NCBI RefSeq assembly: GCF_026210795.1
Contig: NC_089434.1
Location: 496,001-560,000 of the forward strand
DNA length: 64,000 nt
DNA from: Rhizophagus irregularis
Taxonomy: Eukaryota
Direction: 5' to 3'
The position numbers were made by a program, and so were the translations under genes. Below the pieces are notes generated by a model. The model did no database searches, had not been told where the DNA came from, and saw only the letters and a program-made list of their open reading frames with translations. Shown here in pieces: positions 14,452 to 26,934 of the stretch; within the stretch, counting starts at the first letter, position 1; the number at the start of each line of letters is the position of its first letter.

Positions 14452-16705
14452 TCAAAATCCATCTAAGTTAAAAAATAATAAATTATAATTAATTATTTGC
14501 TTTAAAAAGAAATATAATTTATTTAAGAACTTACCATCAGGAATTTCCAGTTCAACTTGTTCTTTTGAATGAAGATTTGGATTATTATATACTTCGTCAT
14601 CATCTGTAAGAAAATAAATAATTAAATTAAAAATAATATAAAAATTATTTGTTATTATGTAAAATTTTCACCTACCGTCGACATGTTGAGTTATTTCCTT
14701 TTCATCATCTAAATTTTAAATAAAAGTCGCATTTAATAAATAAATTTGATAAAATGATGATTTATTTGTTAGTAATTTAACTTACCATTTGAATTTATTT
14801 GTAACTTTATAAATTCTTCGGGTAATTTTTCACTATCACCTAAAATTAAGATATAGATTTAATATAAAAATTAATCTCGATTTGACAATAATTAGAATAC
14901 ATTACCTCTAATCATAGTAATTACTTTTGATGATTTGCTATTTCGCTTATTTGATTTATTAAAATCATCAACTAAAATAAATATCAATTATTAAACATCA
15001 TTATGTAATAATTCAATGCCGTAATAATGTTAATAATTACTTACTATTGTTAGGAATGTTAAAATCATACAATTTACTATGATACCCTATTAGTAGTAAA
15101 ATAAAGTATTTTAAAAGTTAAATTATTATGGTAACAAAAAACGGTAGAAATTATTGTTTATATGGTTATACCTTCTTGTTCTTCTATTATAATAAAAGAT
15201 AATATTAATAATATACTTTAAAATAAATATATATATTATACATTTATACCTTCTGTTGCATTTCTTGGTTCAGGTAGATTTCCAAAGTTGTGAATTTTAC
15301 TTGTAAATAATCTGCTACTCGTATAATTTTCTTCTACTTTGGTCATTTCTTCCATCTCTGATTTGATTAATTCATCTGACATATTTTGATAATATAAATT
15401 AATTTTATTCATTCTTTTCCAAAGTGTATTAGTGTCAGGTCTTTTTAATGGATCAGCATCCCAACATTCTTTCATTAAATTTTTATATTCTAATGGAGTT
15501 CCTGGCACAATTTTTGGTCTTATACCGTTAATAATATTCATTACAATATCATTTTCATGTTCATAATTTATAAATGGTGGTTGTCCAGATGAAATTTCCC
15601 ACATAAGAATTGCAATACTATAAATATCAGATGCAAAAGTATATTCTCTTCCAACAATAACTTCGGGTGCTATGTAAGGAAGATTTCCATATATACTCGT
15701 TGAAGATTTATCAGCGGGTCCACAAAATCCAAGATCACTAACACACCAAGAATTATTAAGTTGAGAATATAATATATTTCCAGAATGTAAATCTCTATGA
15801 ATTGCTTTCTCTTTATGAATAAAAAAAATTGCATTGATTATTTCAAAAGTAATATTAATTCTCTTTTTCCACGTAAGTTGACTATGATTTTGTTGTAAAT
15901 ATTTTCTTAAATCCATATCCCTTTTCATCATTACAAGCATATAATTTCCATTTGATGGATCTTGTGTTAAACCATAACATCGAACAACATCCGCCCATTT
16001 ATTACTTATAGTTAAATGTGATTTAGCCTAAAAAGCAATAATTTATAAAAATGTTCATATTAATACAAAGTCTGCATAATTTTATATAATAAATTTAGAA
16101 TATATTATACAAACCTCTTCAAACCAACTTTGATTTGCACTTTCAACATTTTCTAATCTTTTAAGTATTATTTTACAAGTTCCACCTCTTTCTAATTGTT
16201 TTTTTCCAAAATCCCATTCATCATATTCTCCATTAATCCAATCTGCTGTATAAATTTCTGAGATTCCACCTTTTGTTAAATATTCAATATTTTCTAAATT
16301 ATTATATGGAATCCATTCAACCACCGTATTTGGCATAAGTGTTTCCATTTGACATTTCTGTATTAAATTATCAATATCATCATTCCCAGATGTCCAATTT
16401 GAAAAATTTTCTTTTAAATAATTTCGGACACAATACTCACAATATAGTGTAGCTAAACATTCTTGGTTACAATTTTCACAAATTCTTTTTGTTCCTGAAT
16501 TATGAATAATTTTATTTCGATCATAATTTTGAGTTAAATCTCTTATCGCTTCAGTTTTTTCATCATTTGTAAGAATTTTATAAGCAAGGATTGTTTGTCG
16601 TTGGAATTCAAATCTTTTGTGTATATCATTGTAAATATTATTATCTGTTAATGTTATTGCTCTATTATTTGTTGCATAGATTAACCCATATCGAAGAGTG
16701 GACAT
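14452..16705 (-). CDS. TKL protein kinase, paralog of the 12186 gene
   Basis: Exon ORFs 16082-16705 and 15236-15940 with IHRDLHSGN, SDLGFCG and YIAPE. Tail exons at 15172-15183, 15045-15086, 14906-14971, 14786-14839, 14676-14708 and 14535-14603; last exon ends ...EIPD|DGF* with TGA at 14452-14454. Confidence 0.88.
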
Positions 16706-17579
16706 AATGTAATAATCAATAAGAAAGAAAGAATTATTTTAAGTTCGAGATAAATTAGTAAAATGCAAATTGTTGAACAAACTTCATGTTGTGCCCACAT
16801 AAATTTTGTGATCTTGAGGCGTAGTATTTTACGCCTCTTAACCAAAAAAAGAAAATATTATCGTACTTACTAATTTTAATTTTATTTTTTATTTTATTTT
16901 TTTTTTCAGCGAATACAATTTGATTGTCATACTTAATGAATAGATAATATTCCTTGATTATGTTGATTAATATTCAAATAATTTGGTAAACAAAAATCAA
17001 TGATTGTTATTCAATAGACTATTAATTTGTAGTTATTTTTAAATCTTACTTAAAATCAATATAAACATGATTGATTCTTTAGTTATTTTCAATTGAATTT
17101 ATTTTAAATAAACAACATGGTGAATAATGACATGAAAGATTAAGAAATCATTCAACTTCAACTTACTATTTCTACTAAAAAAGTCATATCTAAGAGAAGA
17201 ATTTCTTAATTATTATTTTTTTTTTTTAAGTTGTAATGATCAATATATGTAATAAAAAAAATAATTAGAAATTATTACATCATAAATTACCTTATGTGTG
17301 GTACTTTAACAATTTAGTGATAAATAAGGAATAGATCAGGCGCGGGATTTTCATATTATGGCACGATTTTCATATTACACAATTATTTATATGGAGACTA
17401 TTCTAAACGTCAGACTGTTTCAAATTTTCAAAAAAGTCAATTAATAACTCATTATTTTTAAATATAAATTAATAAACATTTATCATCAAAAGGGAATTTG
17501 AGAGCCATATGAAACACTAAAAAAATTATTAAAAGAAATATTAAATAGATAATTATAAATAAAATTTATCAATTTATGT

Positions 17580-19041
17580 ATACCTTCAAGTTCTTTTCTG
17601 TTAAAATAAAGGTATAATTAATGATATATTTTCTAAATAAATGTTATATATATTTAACTAGATAATATACTAATAATACCTTCTGTTACATTTCTTGGTT
17701 CAGGAAATTTTCAGAATTATGAATTTTACTTTTGCCGATAGTGAAATTTGAATCTAGTAGATTATTGTCCTATTTATTTTTACTTCGCTATTTTGCTATG
17801 ATAGATTATTTCTTTCGTTATGTTTCTTGAGTGTATAAATATCAGGCTTTTCGATGGATCAGTATCCCAGTTATATTTTAGGAAATTTCTGATACTGGGA
17901 CTATTATTGCCTTCTACCATTAATTATATTCATTGTAAAGTTATTGATCATGTTCATGATTAATAAATAGTGGAAAGGAAATTTTCCACATAATCATTGC
18001 TAAACTATAAATTTCAGATTTAATAGTAGAAGCTATATAATGAAGATTTCCATATCACTTTTTAATGATTTTTATTTATAGACCACGAAATCCAAAATCA
18101 CCAAGCAATAAAGAATCTCAGATCAAGTTGTATAAATAATATAATATATTTCTAAAATGTAAATTGAATTGCATTTTCATTTGAATCTGGTTGAGTGCAG
18201 TAGCTATGTCATAAGCAAATTGAATTTTTCTTTTCCATGTAAGTTGATTATAGTTTTGATGTAAGTATTCTCTTAAATTCAAATCTTACAAGCATTTGAT
18301 GGATCTTGCATTAAACCATAACATTGGACAATATTTGGATGTTTATTGCTTATAGCCAAATGTGATTTTGCCTATAAAGAAAAGAATATTAGTTGATTTA
18401 TTACTAATAAGATAATTATAAATTACTGATTCATTAGGTTACAAACCTCTTCAAACCAACTTTGATCTGCACTTTCAACATTATCTAATCTTTTAAATAC
18501 TACTTTTCGATTTCTAAATCTTGTTGTTAATCGTTGCTTCATAGTATCCCATCATTCCAAAATGCTGTATAAATTTTCCGAGAATCCACCTTTTATTAGA
18601 TATTTAATACTTTGCAAATTATCATATGGAATCAATTAAACTATTTTTCTCCGATTGATCTGTTTCCATTTGACATTTTTGTATTAAATTATCAATATCA
18701 TTATTTCCAGAAGTCCAAATTAAAAAATTTAATTTTAAATAATTTCGAATATAATATTCACAATATGATATAGCTAAACACATTCTTGGTTACAATTTTC
18801 ACAAATTCTTCTTGTCCCCACATTAAGAAGAACTTATTTCTGTCAGTAGTTTTGTTTATTCATTTTATTGCATAAGTTTTTTCATCATTTGTAAAAGATT
18901 TATTTATCAGCAGCAAGAACCGTTTGTTGTATAATTTCATGTTGTTTGTCTATATCATTATGAATATTATAATCTATTAATGTAATCGCTCTATCTAGTA
19001 CTAATAGCAACACTAATTAGCTTCTCTCGTGTAACTGACAT
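17580..19041 (-). pseudogene. TKL kinase pseudogene, a decayed duplicate of the 12186 kinase
   Basis: Colinear with 10610-12186 including the intron and ~400 bp of upstream DNA (19041-19460 vs 12186-12640). ATG at 19041, but many indels and stops, no ORF of 60 aa or more, and the HRD codons are deleted (~18160). Confidence 0.85.
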
Positions 19042-22000
19042 AACAAAATATTTCTTTTAATTTTGTTGGTTTCAGAACAGAGTTTCATGTACCGTCAACA
19101 AATTTGTATTACATGTTACAACAGATTTAATTCTATGTAATACAGCATCATTGGTTATAAATGTTCAAATACGTACGAACAAAATTTCGATATTACATTA
19201 TTTTATTATCTTATCAACTTTTGGGTTTAAAATTCAGAATTATTTGTTATAATTTTAAAATTTTATGACAAATAATAATTTTATTAGTTGTAAAGTTCGT
19301 AAAAAAATCCGGAATATAAATTAAAAAATTTATCAATTCAATTTTTTACAGGAAAGGGTTCAACATTTTAAAGGTAAGGGTAAGGTTTACTAAGTCACGT
19401 TTTTATGGGCAATCATTTAAGATCACGTGCGTAATCTGAAATTAAGCGAAATTTACCAAAAAAAAAAAATCATTATGAATTATTTACATTAAAATACACG
19501 CTCATTCTCACAAAACTTGTTGGTCTTTCTGAATCAGTATACATGAATAAACTTTAAATCTAAAAAAAAAAGTCAATCACGTTTCGAATATAAATAACTT
19601 CGCGAATTCCTAACAATATTATCATAATTTTTTTACTTGTTGGCATTCCTTGTTTTTACCTTACTTTTCATTATAAATAAAAAATAATTTAATCATTACC
19701 ATACAAAATATTTGAGATTTCGCACTTTCGCGTTAAAGTAAAAAATGTATGATATTAAAAAAAAAAAAATCAATAAATTTTTGACGATAGATATTAAATG
19801 TTTAAAGATAAAATATTTAATAACGAACAGACTTGCAACTTATAACAATTATTAATATGAAAATAAATACTAATTAAAAAATAACCATTATAATATATTA
19901 TTATAGGGATGATGCAATATAGTATCCCTACGTTCTATTAAAACCGCCTCGTTATATATTTCTGTTGATTTATTAATTTCATTTCAAATTTCAACTTCAT
20001 AACAATATGTAAGTTTAACTTAATAACCTTTTACTAGCTGATTTTTAATATATTTGATATCATCATTTCCAAGGCATACATTATAATGTATAATTTCATA
20101 TCTATTTTCCGCATTCAAAATAAGAGTTTAACAAAAAGTGCAACAAGTGATAATAATTATTGATTTTAAAATGTTAATGTGAAATCGAGTAATTCAAATA
20201 TTTTATCTGGAGATTTGCCACAAAACCTGTATAAATTTGCTGAATACTTAGATTGAAAACTTATTTGATGATAAAGTTCAAATTGTTTATTATACTCATT
20301 TTCGACAAAATATTTTCATATGCGTGTGATGCTAAACATAACATTCTCGAATATATATTTTAAAAGTAAAACTTTTAAAATATCAGTAATTCAACGAGTT
20401 GTGTCAAATTGCCAATTATAAAATCATTAAAAATATATCCGTCAAATTATTCAGACTTTTAAGAGTTTCATAAAAAAATGATTGGATAGTAGTAAAATTA
20501 CCGTTTAGCTTGTAAAAAAAAGGATTAATAAATTTTTTTTTAATTCGGTAAAAATTAGAAAATTTTTGTTTTCGTCCAATCACTGAGTGTTGTACACGGA
20601 ACCGTCACTGGATTTTGCGCGAATATAGCTGGTCCGGGACATTTTCCGGGATTTATATGTCCGGAAAGATGCCGATAATCAAATCATTTTTTTTTAAAAA
20701 AAAATAAAAAAAAGAATTTCTTACTTCATCTCTTCGATACAATTCGCATGAATATGACACCAAAATATCATGACAAAATCTAAAAGGACTTACCAAGGCA
20801 AAATTTGTTAATCAAGTGTCTTTGGTTGACTTCAACTCTCCGGATTCAAGAACCTAATTCATCAAAGTGCTCGAAGACATTTTAATAAATAATTTATAAA
20901 TTTTCAAATAAAATGATAATACGTTTGTTAATAATTTTGAAACCATTTTCGATAAGAAGGGAGAAATAAAGATAATTCCTTTTTTTTAGGAATTCGCTTT
21001 TCAAGATGACGAGTCAGGTTCGTATTTTTTTTTTTTTTTTAGTTTACTATATTTAAATGATTTTTATTTCTTTCTTTTTTTGAGCTTCAGCTGAGTTTCT
21101 TACGCGGCAGTTTGGTATTATTTTATTTGTTTTGTTTTTGTTCTCCATTTCGTTCTTTTTTTAGGAATTCTTCAAGATAGCGTGTGAATTCGTTTTGTTT
21201 CTTTGTTTCGTTTCGGTTGGATTTATTCTACAAGTTTCGACTGGGCTCTACAGCGGTAGGTGTAACTTTTTTTTCTTTTTTTCCTCTGCTAAATTTCTGT
21301 TCATCTCTAACAATATTTTTATTTCCTTAAATCTTTTGATCAGGCTCTTTAGTAATGACTAGCAACGTTTTCTGCCTGTTTTATTATTTTTTATCTTTCC
21401 ATCTTCCTTTGATTTTCATATTATCCGTTCTTCTACTGTCACACTGATACGATTTTTTAAATTTTTATAATTTTTATTTATTTACTTTCTTTTGATTTCT
21501 TTAATAACGTTGATTTTTATTAATAAGTAAATTCAATGTACTATTATTAAATCAAATTTAAAATAATAAATGAAGCATATTATTAGAAAAAAGTTATAAT
21601 TATCCCGAAATGTCCTAGGCATGGGATACTTTACAATGTCAATTAGATACCAACACGTTCAATTTAAGCACGATTATTCAATAAGTAAACCCTTTGAATA
21701 TATACTCAATTTCAGAATTAATTCCATGTCATTTTATTTTTTATAGAAAATTTGACGTGTATTATTATTAAGATCGCGTATAAAATCGATGAATAATATA
21801 AAATTGGTTTATTTTTTTACAATATTCATGTCAATTTATATATATACTTCAAGTTGCTAATTTCACTAATGTCTAATTTTATGAACTCCAAATATTTCAG
21901 ATTCTTCGAAACGAAAAAGTAAATTTAAATTATAGCATCGTAATCATTCTAATTTTTGATTATTAATACTGGATCTCGTATTCTTTTTTTTGTGATCAAG

Positions 22001-22264
22001 GAGAGAGCATCATTACAACTATAACATCTATAATGAACAAAACATAAGCAATTTAATTATTACAAATTTGCTCAATTTTAATCTCAATTATTTAATAATT
22101 ATCATAAAATTAAAATCAAAAATTTATTAATTATTAAATAGATCTGACAAGAATTCATCTCCAATCTTCATTTCAATTAAAGTTGCTTGACGAAAATAAA
22201 AGGTCATTGCCGAAATAATTTCGACAATTTCGACATGACGAAATTCACTGATTTCGACATGCAT

Positions 22265-23173
22265 CTTCAATATCTTGTAGTTTTATCTCACGTGCTATTC
22301 TAATTTTCCAAAACTAATTTGTGGTATAGGGCTTTGGCATTAACCCAATATAAGATTTTAAGTCATTCATATGACGCTCCACAACTGATTTAGGTTCTTC
22401 AAACATATCTGGATCTGGCGAGATAACCCAACGGTTTCCGACTTTGTCCAAAAATGATTTGATTCTGTCATTGAAACAATCTTCCATAAAATATCGGTCT
22501 TTAGTTTGTCTCTTTCTACACTTAGAAAAAACAACAATCATATGGCGACAAGATTCTTCTCAACCAAGGAAATTTAGGATTATGTCGTTGATCATCTGTT
22601 CCATTTTATCATATTTACTCCAAGCTTGAAAATTTATTTTTATTGTGAAAATTCATAATATAGAAACAAAATACGCTCATTTGTTGCGTAAATTCTTGTA
22701 AGTACTTACCTATAACGAACAAAAACGCTATTATTCCATGGTTACATCTGACAATTGACTGTGCAATCTCACCCAGGACTTCATCATCATTGGGTCCATA
22801 TGTACTAAAAATACCCGGTGTATCAACTAGGTTATATTCCTTACTATTCAAATTTATTAAAGTATTCTGACAAATATTGGTGCAAGTATCCTTGAAAAAT
22901 AAAATCTGACTGTCAATATTAATCAATGAATTAAATAAATACCGATACCGTATATTTCTTACCAGACCCTCTGATGTTTTGAATTTTTCTTCTCCGATCA
23001 ACATATTTGCCAATGTACTTTTTCCCGCACCTAGTTAAATCTGTTGAGCCAAATAATAATTTTTCCTTCGAATTTCATGCGCAAGACTTCTCACCTGCTT
23101 TGCCAATTAGTAAAATTGTTGGTGCCGTAGAATAAGGGTCAGTCGAAATTCGGTCGCAAAGCTTCGATGACAT
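22265..23173 (-). pseudogene. GIN1-like type-A pseudogene (AIG1 NTPase part only; Hog domain lost)
   Basis: ATG 23173 (MSSKLCDRISTDPYSTAPTILLIGKA|GAGKSTLAN), NLVDTPGIF, VVFSKC, VGNRWVISPDP. Premature TGA (from CGA) at ~22560, a second stop at 22314, and no Hint sequence follows. Confidence 0.8.
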
Positions 23174-23309
23174 AACGTTATTGTCGAAAAAAAAAAAATC
23201 TTATCAAATAATTCTGCTTGTGTAGCACTGAATGCGCCTTTTTTCCAAAATGAGAAAAATGAAGGGATGCTTATATTTATAAAAATTCTTAATTGAAGTA
23301 AATAATCTC

Positions 23310-24220
23310 CTGTTTCTTCAGCCAAGCTCTTCGAGGAATACTATTCGAAATATCATTCATTTTATAATAATTTTGTAATAATTCTTTTTTATTTTTTTTT
23401 TAAAAAAAAATTTTAAGGTATAAGGGAGATTCGTTTTTGAGTCGAATAATCTGTTGTTTCAGACTCGTTTGCTAGTAATTATAATGAACAACATAGACTT
23501 TAAAAAATAAATCTGAACGAAATTCTCCCTTAATGTAACATTTAAGGAATCTTCGCTTCAAGTAGGTCAAAACCACCTCGATTGAAATAAATAAGAAAAC
23601 GTTCATCATTGTTGGTTGATACACTCAGAATTTTGACATTGGCAAAAGGAATCAAAAGAAACGGCCCAAGAAATCTTGCAATGCGCTTATGTCTTATTGA
23701 TTATATTTGTCACGAGTGTGTAGGATTCTCATGTTCTTTGCACACAAGTAGTTTCCTCATTTTAGAAGCTACCAAGGAGCAGAAACTTATTATCGATCAA
23801 ATTATCAACTCAAATGCAGGAAGGCTTCAACATCAAATTCATTGTTTCAAGAGCAAAAATATTTTCTCAATAGTATTAGCGACAGATTTATTATAGCCTA
23901 ATCGAGGAACAAGTTGACTCAATTGTCACGTTTCACATAAAATTTATACAGAGAAACTTCGTTTGAAGAAATTCGCATTGCTCGAGAGAGAGAACTTCAG
24001 GAAATTGAAGAATAGGAACGCCGAAATTGAAGAATAAATTCAAGCTATAGCATAAAGTGAATACCTCCGCAATAATGATGAAAGGCGACAATAGAAAAAA
24101 TACAAGAAATTTCGACAAAAATCATTAATAATTACGTGTAAATGTTGGGTTGAGATCTGCTACTAATATGAAGATTGGTGAAGAAGGATGTTTTGTTACA
24201 GATTCAAAAGTTACTTCTTA
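23310..24220 (+). pseudogene. GIN1-like type-B pseudogene, divergent partner of the 23173 pseudogene
   Basis: Degenerate but colinear with the type-B gene at 26935 (VVSDS exon, ESSLQVGQ, VDT, EQK, RIARERELQEIE). Ends at GEEGCFVTDSKVTS*, just after the Hint Cys1; multiple frameshifts. Confidence 0.75.
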
Positions 24221-24827
24221 AGTTAGCGAATGTACTAATGTTAGCTGTTTCAACCATTTCACCAATAATTTCATGAGTAGTATTATTATCATTGTTTAGA
24301 ATTGTTTATATAACTAAATAGATATCAACATTGTTGTTTCTCTTAAATCTTTACTCGTGATATAATGAAATATGAAATTTGTAAATCCAAGTATTGTAAA
24401 TTCTTAAGGTATCATAATAAAGATGTGTAGACAATTAAAAACTGAGAATAAAATTGATAATGTATTTATAAATTTTTTTCCATAATGATATTACTGATAT
24501 ATACATCAATAAGTCAAAAAAGAAAAAAACTACCGTACGTGACATCAAAAAGGATAAATCCACATCAGAGAATAATCTAGTTATAATCATATACAGTACT
24601 GTGTCTATGATCAATGTTAATTCAATTAACGTACTCTTTAAATACACGTCCAATTCCAGAATCAATTTAATATCATTGAGAAGACCACATATCACGCATA
24701 GGAATAACAGTGAACATTTATAACAATAAATAAATTCAACAAGATTAAAAAATGTTTTATTTAAAGACGCTTATAAAATTAAGTCAAATTGATCATTAAA
24801 TAGAACATTGGTATAACAAAACTACTT

Positions 24828-26555
24828 TCATAATCTTTTAACAATCGTGTTAAAATAATCTATCTGTTCGAGAATCCATTGACCTCGTTTCAAGTAGCGA
24901 ATATAAGGATGAATTTCTTTTTTACACTCAGGAATGGGCATAATCCATGAGTAGAGACGGAAAGAAATCATCACGAAATCGATGATCGCTTGATAAGGTG
25001 GAGCAACAGCATAGCACGAGCAAAGTATATCATCAACGACAATTTTGCCACTTTGTGTAAGAGGAGCAGTGTAACCAAGTTCCCATTCCTTAAATTAATC
25101 ATAATGAAATAGGGTTAATTAATATAAAAAAATTTCATTAAATACGGAAAACGTAAAATTAATTACTCTTGTAACCCGATGTGGAATCACAGGAATTAAT
25201 TTTTTGCCATCAAAAAGTAAGAGCTCAGTCTCATAAGCTCGAACATCCTCAGCGAAAATGGTTTTTCCTTGAGAAACGAATAAATGGTGTTTAGGTGTGA
25301 GACGTAGGGTGCCTATTGAAAAAAACGAGTGATTCATGCTTAGAAAATATTTGAGAATAAATTATTTAATTAGAAATGTATTTATCACCTTCTGTGCCGC
25401 CTGACTTTAGATAATCGATCCGTTGATACTGAGTCACAGTTTGATTGTCTGTATGGACGACTGCATAAATCTCGCTAAAAATCAATTTACCATTTTTCTC
25501 GCCACAACAAACTTTATCACCGATGTTCAATTGTGACACTTCAATTCTTTTGCCGTCTGCAAGGATAACCTTTGAATGCAGAGGAAAACAACCACCTCCT
25601 TGCTCTTGGAATCCTTCCTTGGCTGCTTCTAATCCTGCATCTATTTGTTCTTCTGTTTCATTTGAATCAATTTCTTGCAGTTCTTTCTCACGTGCAATTC
25701 TAACTTTATCAAACAATTCTGTAGTATAGGGCTTTGGCATTAACCCAATATAAGATCTTAAGTCATTCATATGACGCTCCACAACTGGATCATTTGGTTC
25801 GTCAAATATTTCTGGATCTGGCGAAATAACCCAACGGTTTCCGACCTTGTCCAAAAATGATTTGAGGTCGTCATTGAAACTTTCTTCCATAAAATGTCGG
25901 TCTTTAGTTTGTCTCTTTCTACACTTAGTAAAAACAACAATTACGTGACGACAAGATTCTTCTCGACCAAGGAATCTCAGAATTGTGTCAGTTGTAATTT
26001 TTTGCTCTTTTGTATATCTGCCTCCAGCTTGGAAATTTATTGTATACAAATAAACATTCAGATTATAGAAATAATGTACTTGTCAATTCTTGCAAGAACT
26101 TACCCATAACAAACAAAATCGCCGTTATACCATGACTACATTGGACAATTGACCGTGCAATCTCATTTAGGACTTCATCATCGGGTTTCCGTGTATCAAA
26201 AATACCTGGTGTATCGACGAGATTATATTCCTTACCATTCAACCTGACTAAAGCACTTTGACAAATCTGGGTACTAGAATCCTTGAAAAAAAAAAATGTT
26301 GATTGTCAATGAATCAAATAAATACCAATTCCATACGTTATTTACTGTACCGAATTATCCGAAGTTTTGAATATTTCTTTTTCAACCAACGTGTTTGCCA
26401 ATGTACTTTTTCCCGCACCTAGTTAAATCTGTTGAGCCAAATAATAATTTTGCCTTCGGATTTTAAACGCAAAACTTCTCACCTGTTTTGCCAATTAGTA
26501 AAATTGATGGTGCCGTAGAATAAGGGTCAGTCGAAATTCGGTCGCTGAGCTTCAT
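24828..26555 (-). CDS. GIN1: GIN1-like type A (A1): AIG1/GIMAP-type NTPase fused to Hedgehog-type Hog (Hint + SRR-like) domain; 6 exons
   Basis: MKLSDRISTDPYSTAPSILLIGKT|GAGKSTLAN (G1), NLVDTPGIFD (G3), GGRYTKEQ, VVFTKC. Cleavage junction GGG|CFP (Cys codon 25588-25590), LRLTPKHHLF (TxxH), GYTAPLTQSGKIVVDDILCSCY, KEIHPY. Stop TGA 24828-24830. Symbol is family-level (GIN1 of Glomus mosseae), not an orthology claim. Confidence 0.9.
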
Positions 26556-26612
26556 GGTATAGATTGTTAGAAATTAAAATGAAAATGATACCCGAGTTAT
26601 TTAATTCTGCAG

Positions 26613-26646
26613 GTGTACCACTGTGTACAACCTTGTGTCCGTGTAC
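26613..26646. promoter_or_regulatory. Candidate repeated cis-element GTGTAC(CAC) in the A1/B1 divergent promoter
   Basis: GTGTACCACTGTGTAC...GTGTAC lies ~60 bp upstream of the A1 ATG. Equivalent clusters occur at 45296-45320, 52196-52215 and, inverted, at 40841-40869. Confidence 0.45.
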
Positions 26647-26934
26647 ATCTTGTAGTGTAGGACGAAGATATCACATTAAGATAACACTTTGGGTAAGTAA
26701 CATGGGTTTAACCATGTACACTTTGGCCATCTTAATACTAATATATCTCTCCAATTATCACAATCAGGGGCTTTAGTATTGTTCATTCATATTGTTTTGA
26801 AATTTTTGTGGCATCTTTTGCTGATGCTTATTTTAGGAAATAATGGTATTCGAATTTTCCATTTTTATCATTTTTTATCAAACCTTGTTTTTTATTTCGT
26901 TATCAACAAGAAACCTTTAACCTTATCTCCTAAG

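Noticed and set aside
20560..21460. T-rich, CCGG/TTCG-containing stretch resembling a transposon remnant or small spliced gene (similar texture at 7840-8150 and 59640-60100)
   Set aside because: No ORF, TIR or TSD could be established by eye; needs a repeat-library search.
24828..25590. Hint domains as true mobile inteins
   Set aside because: No terminal His-Asn followed by a Cys/Ser/Thr C-extein and no homing endonuclease. The end motif is Hedgehog-type LCSCY plus tail, and spliceosomal introns interrupt it.
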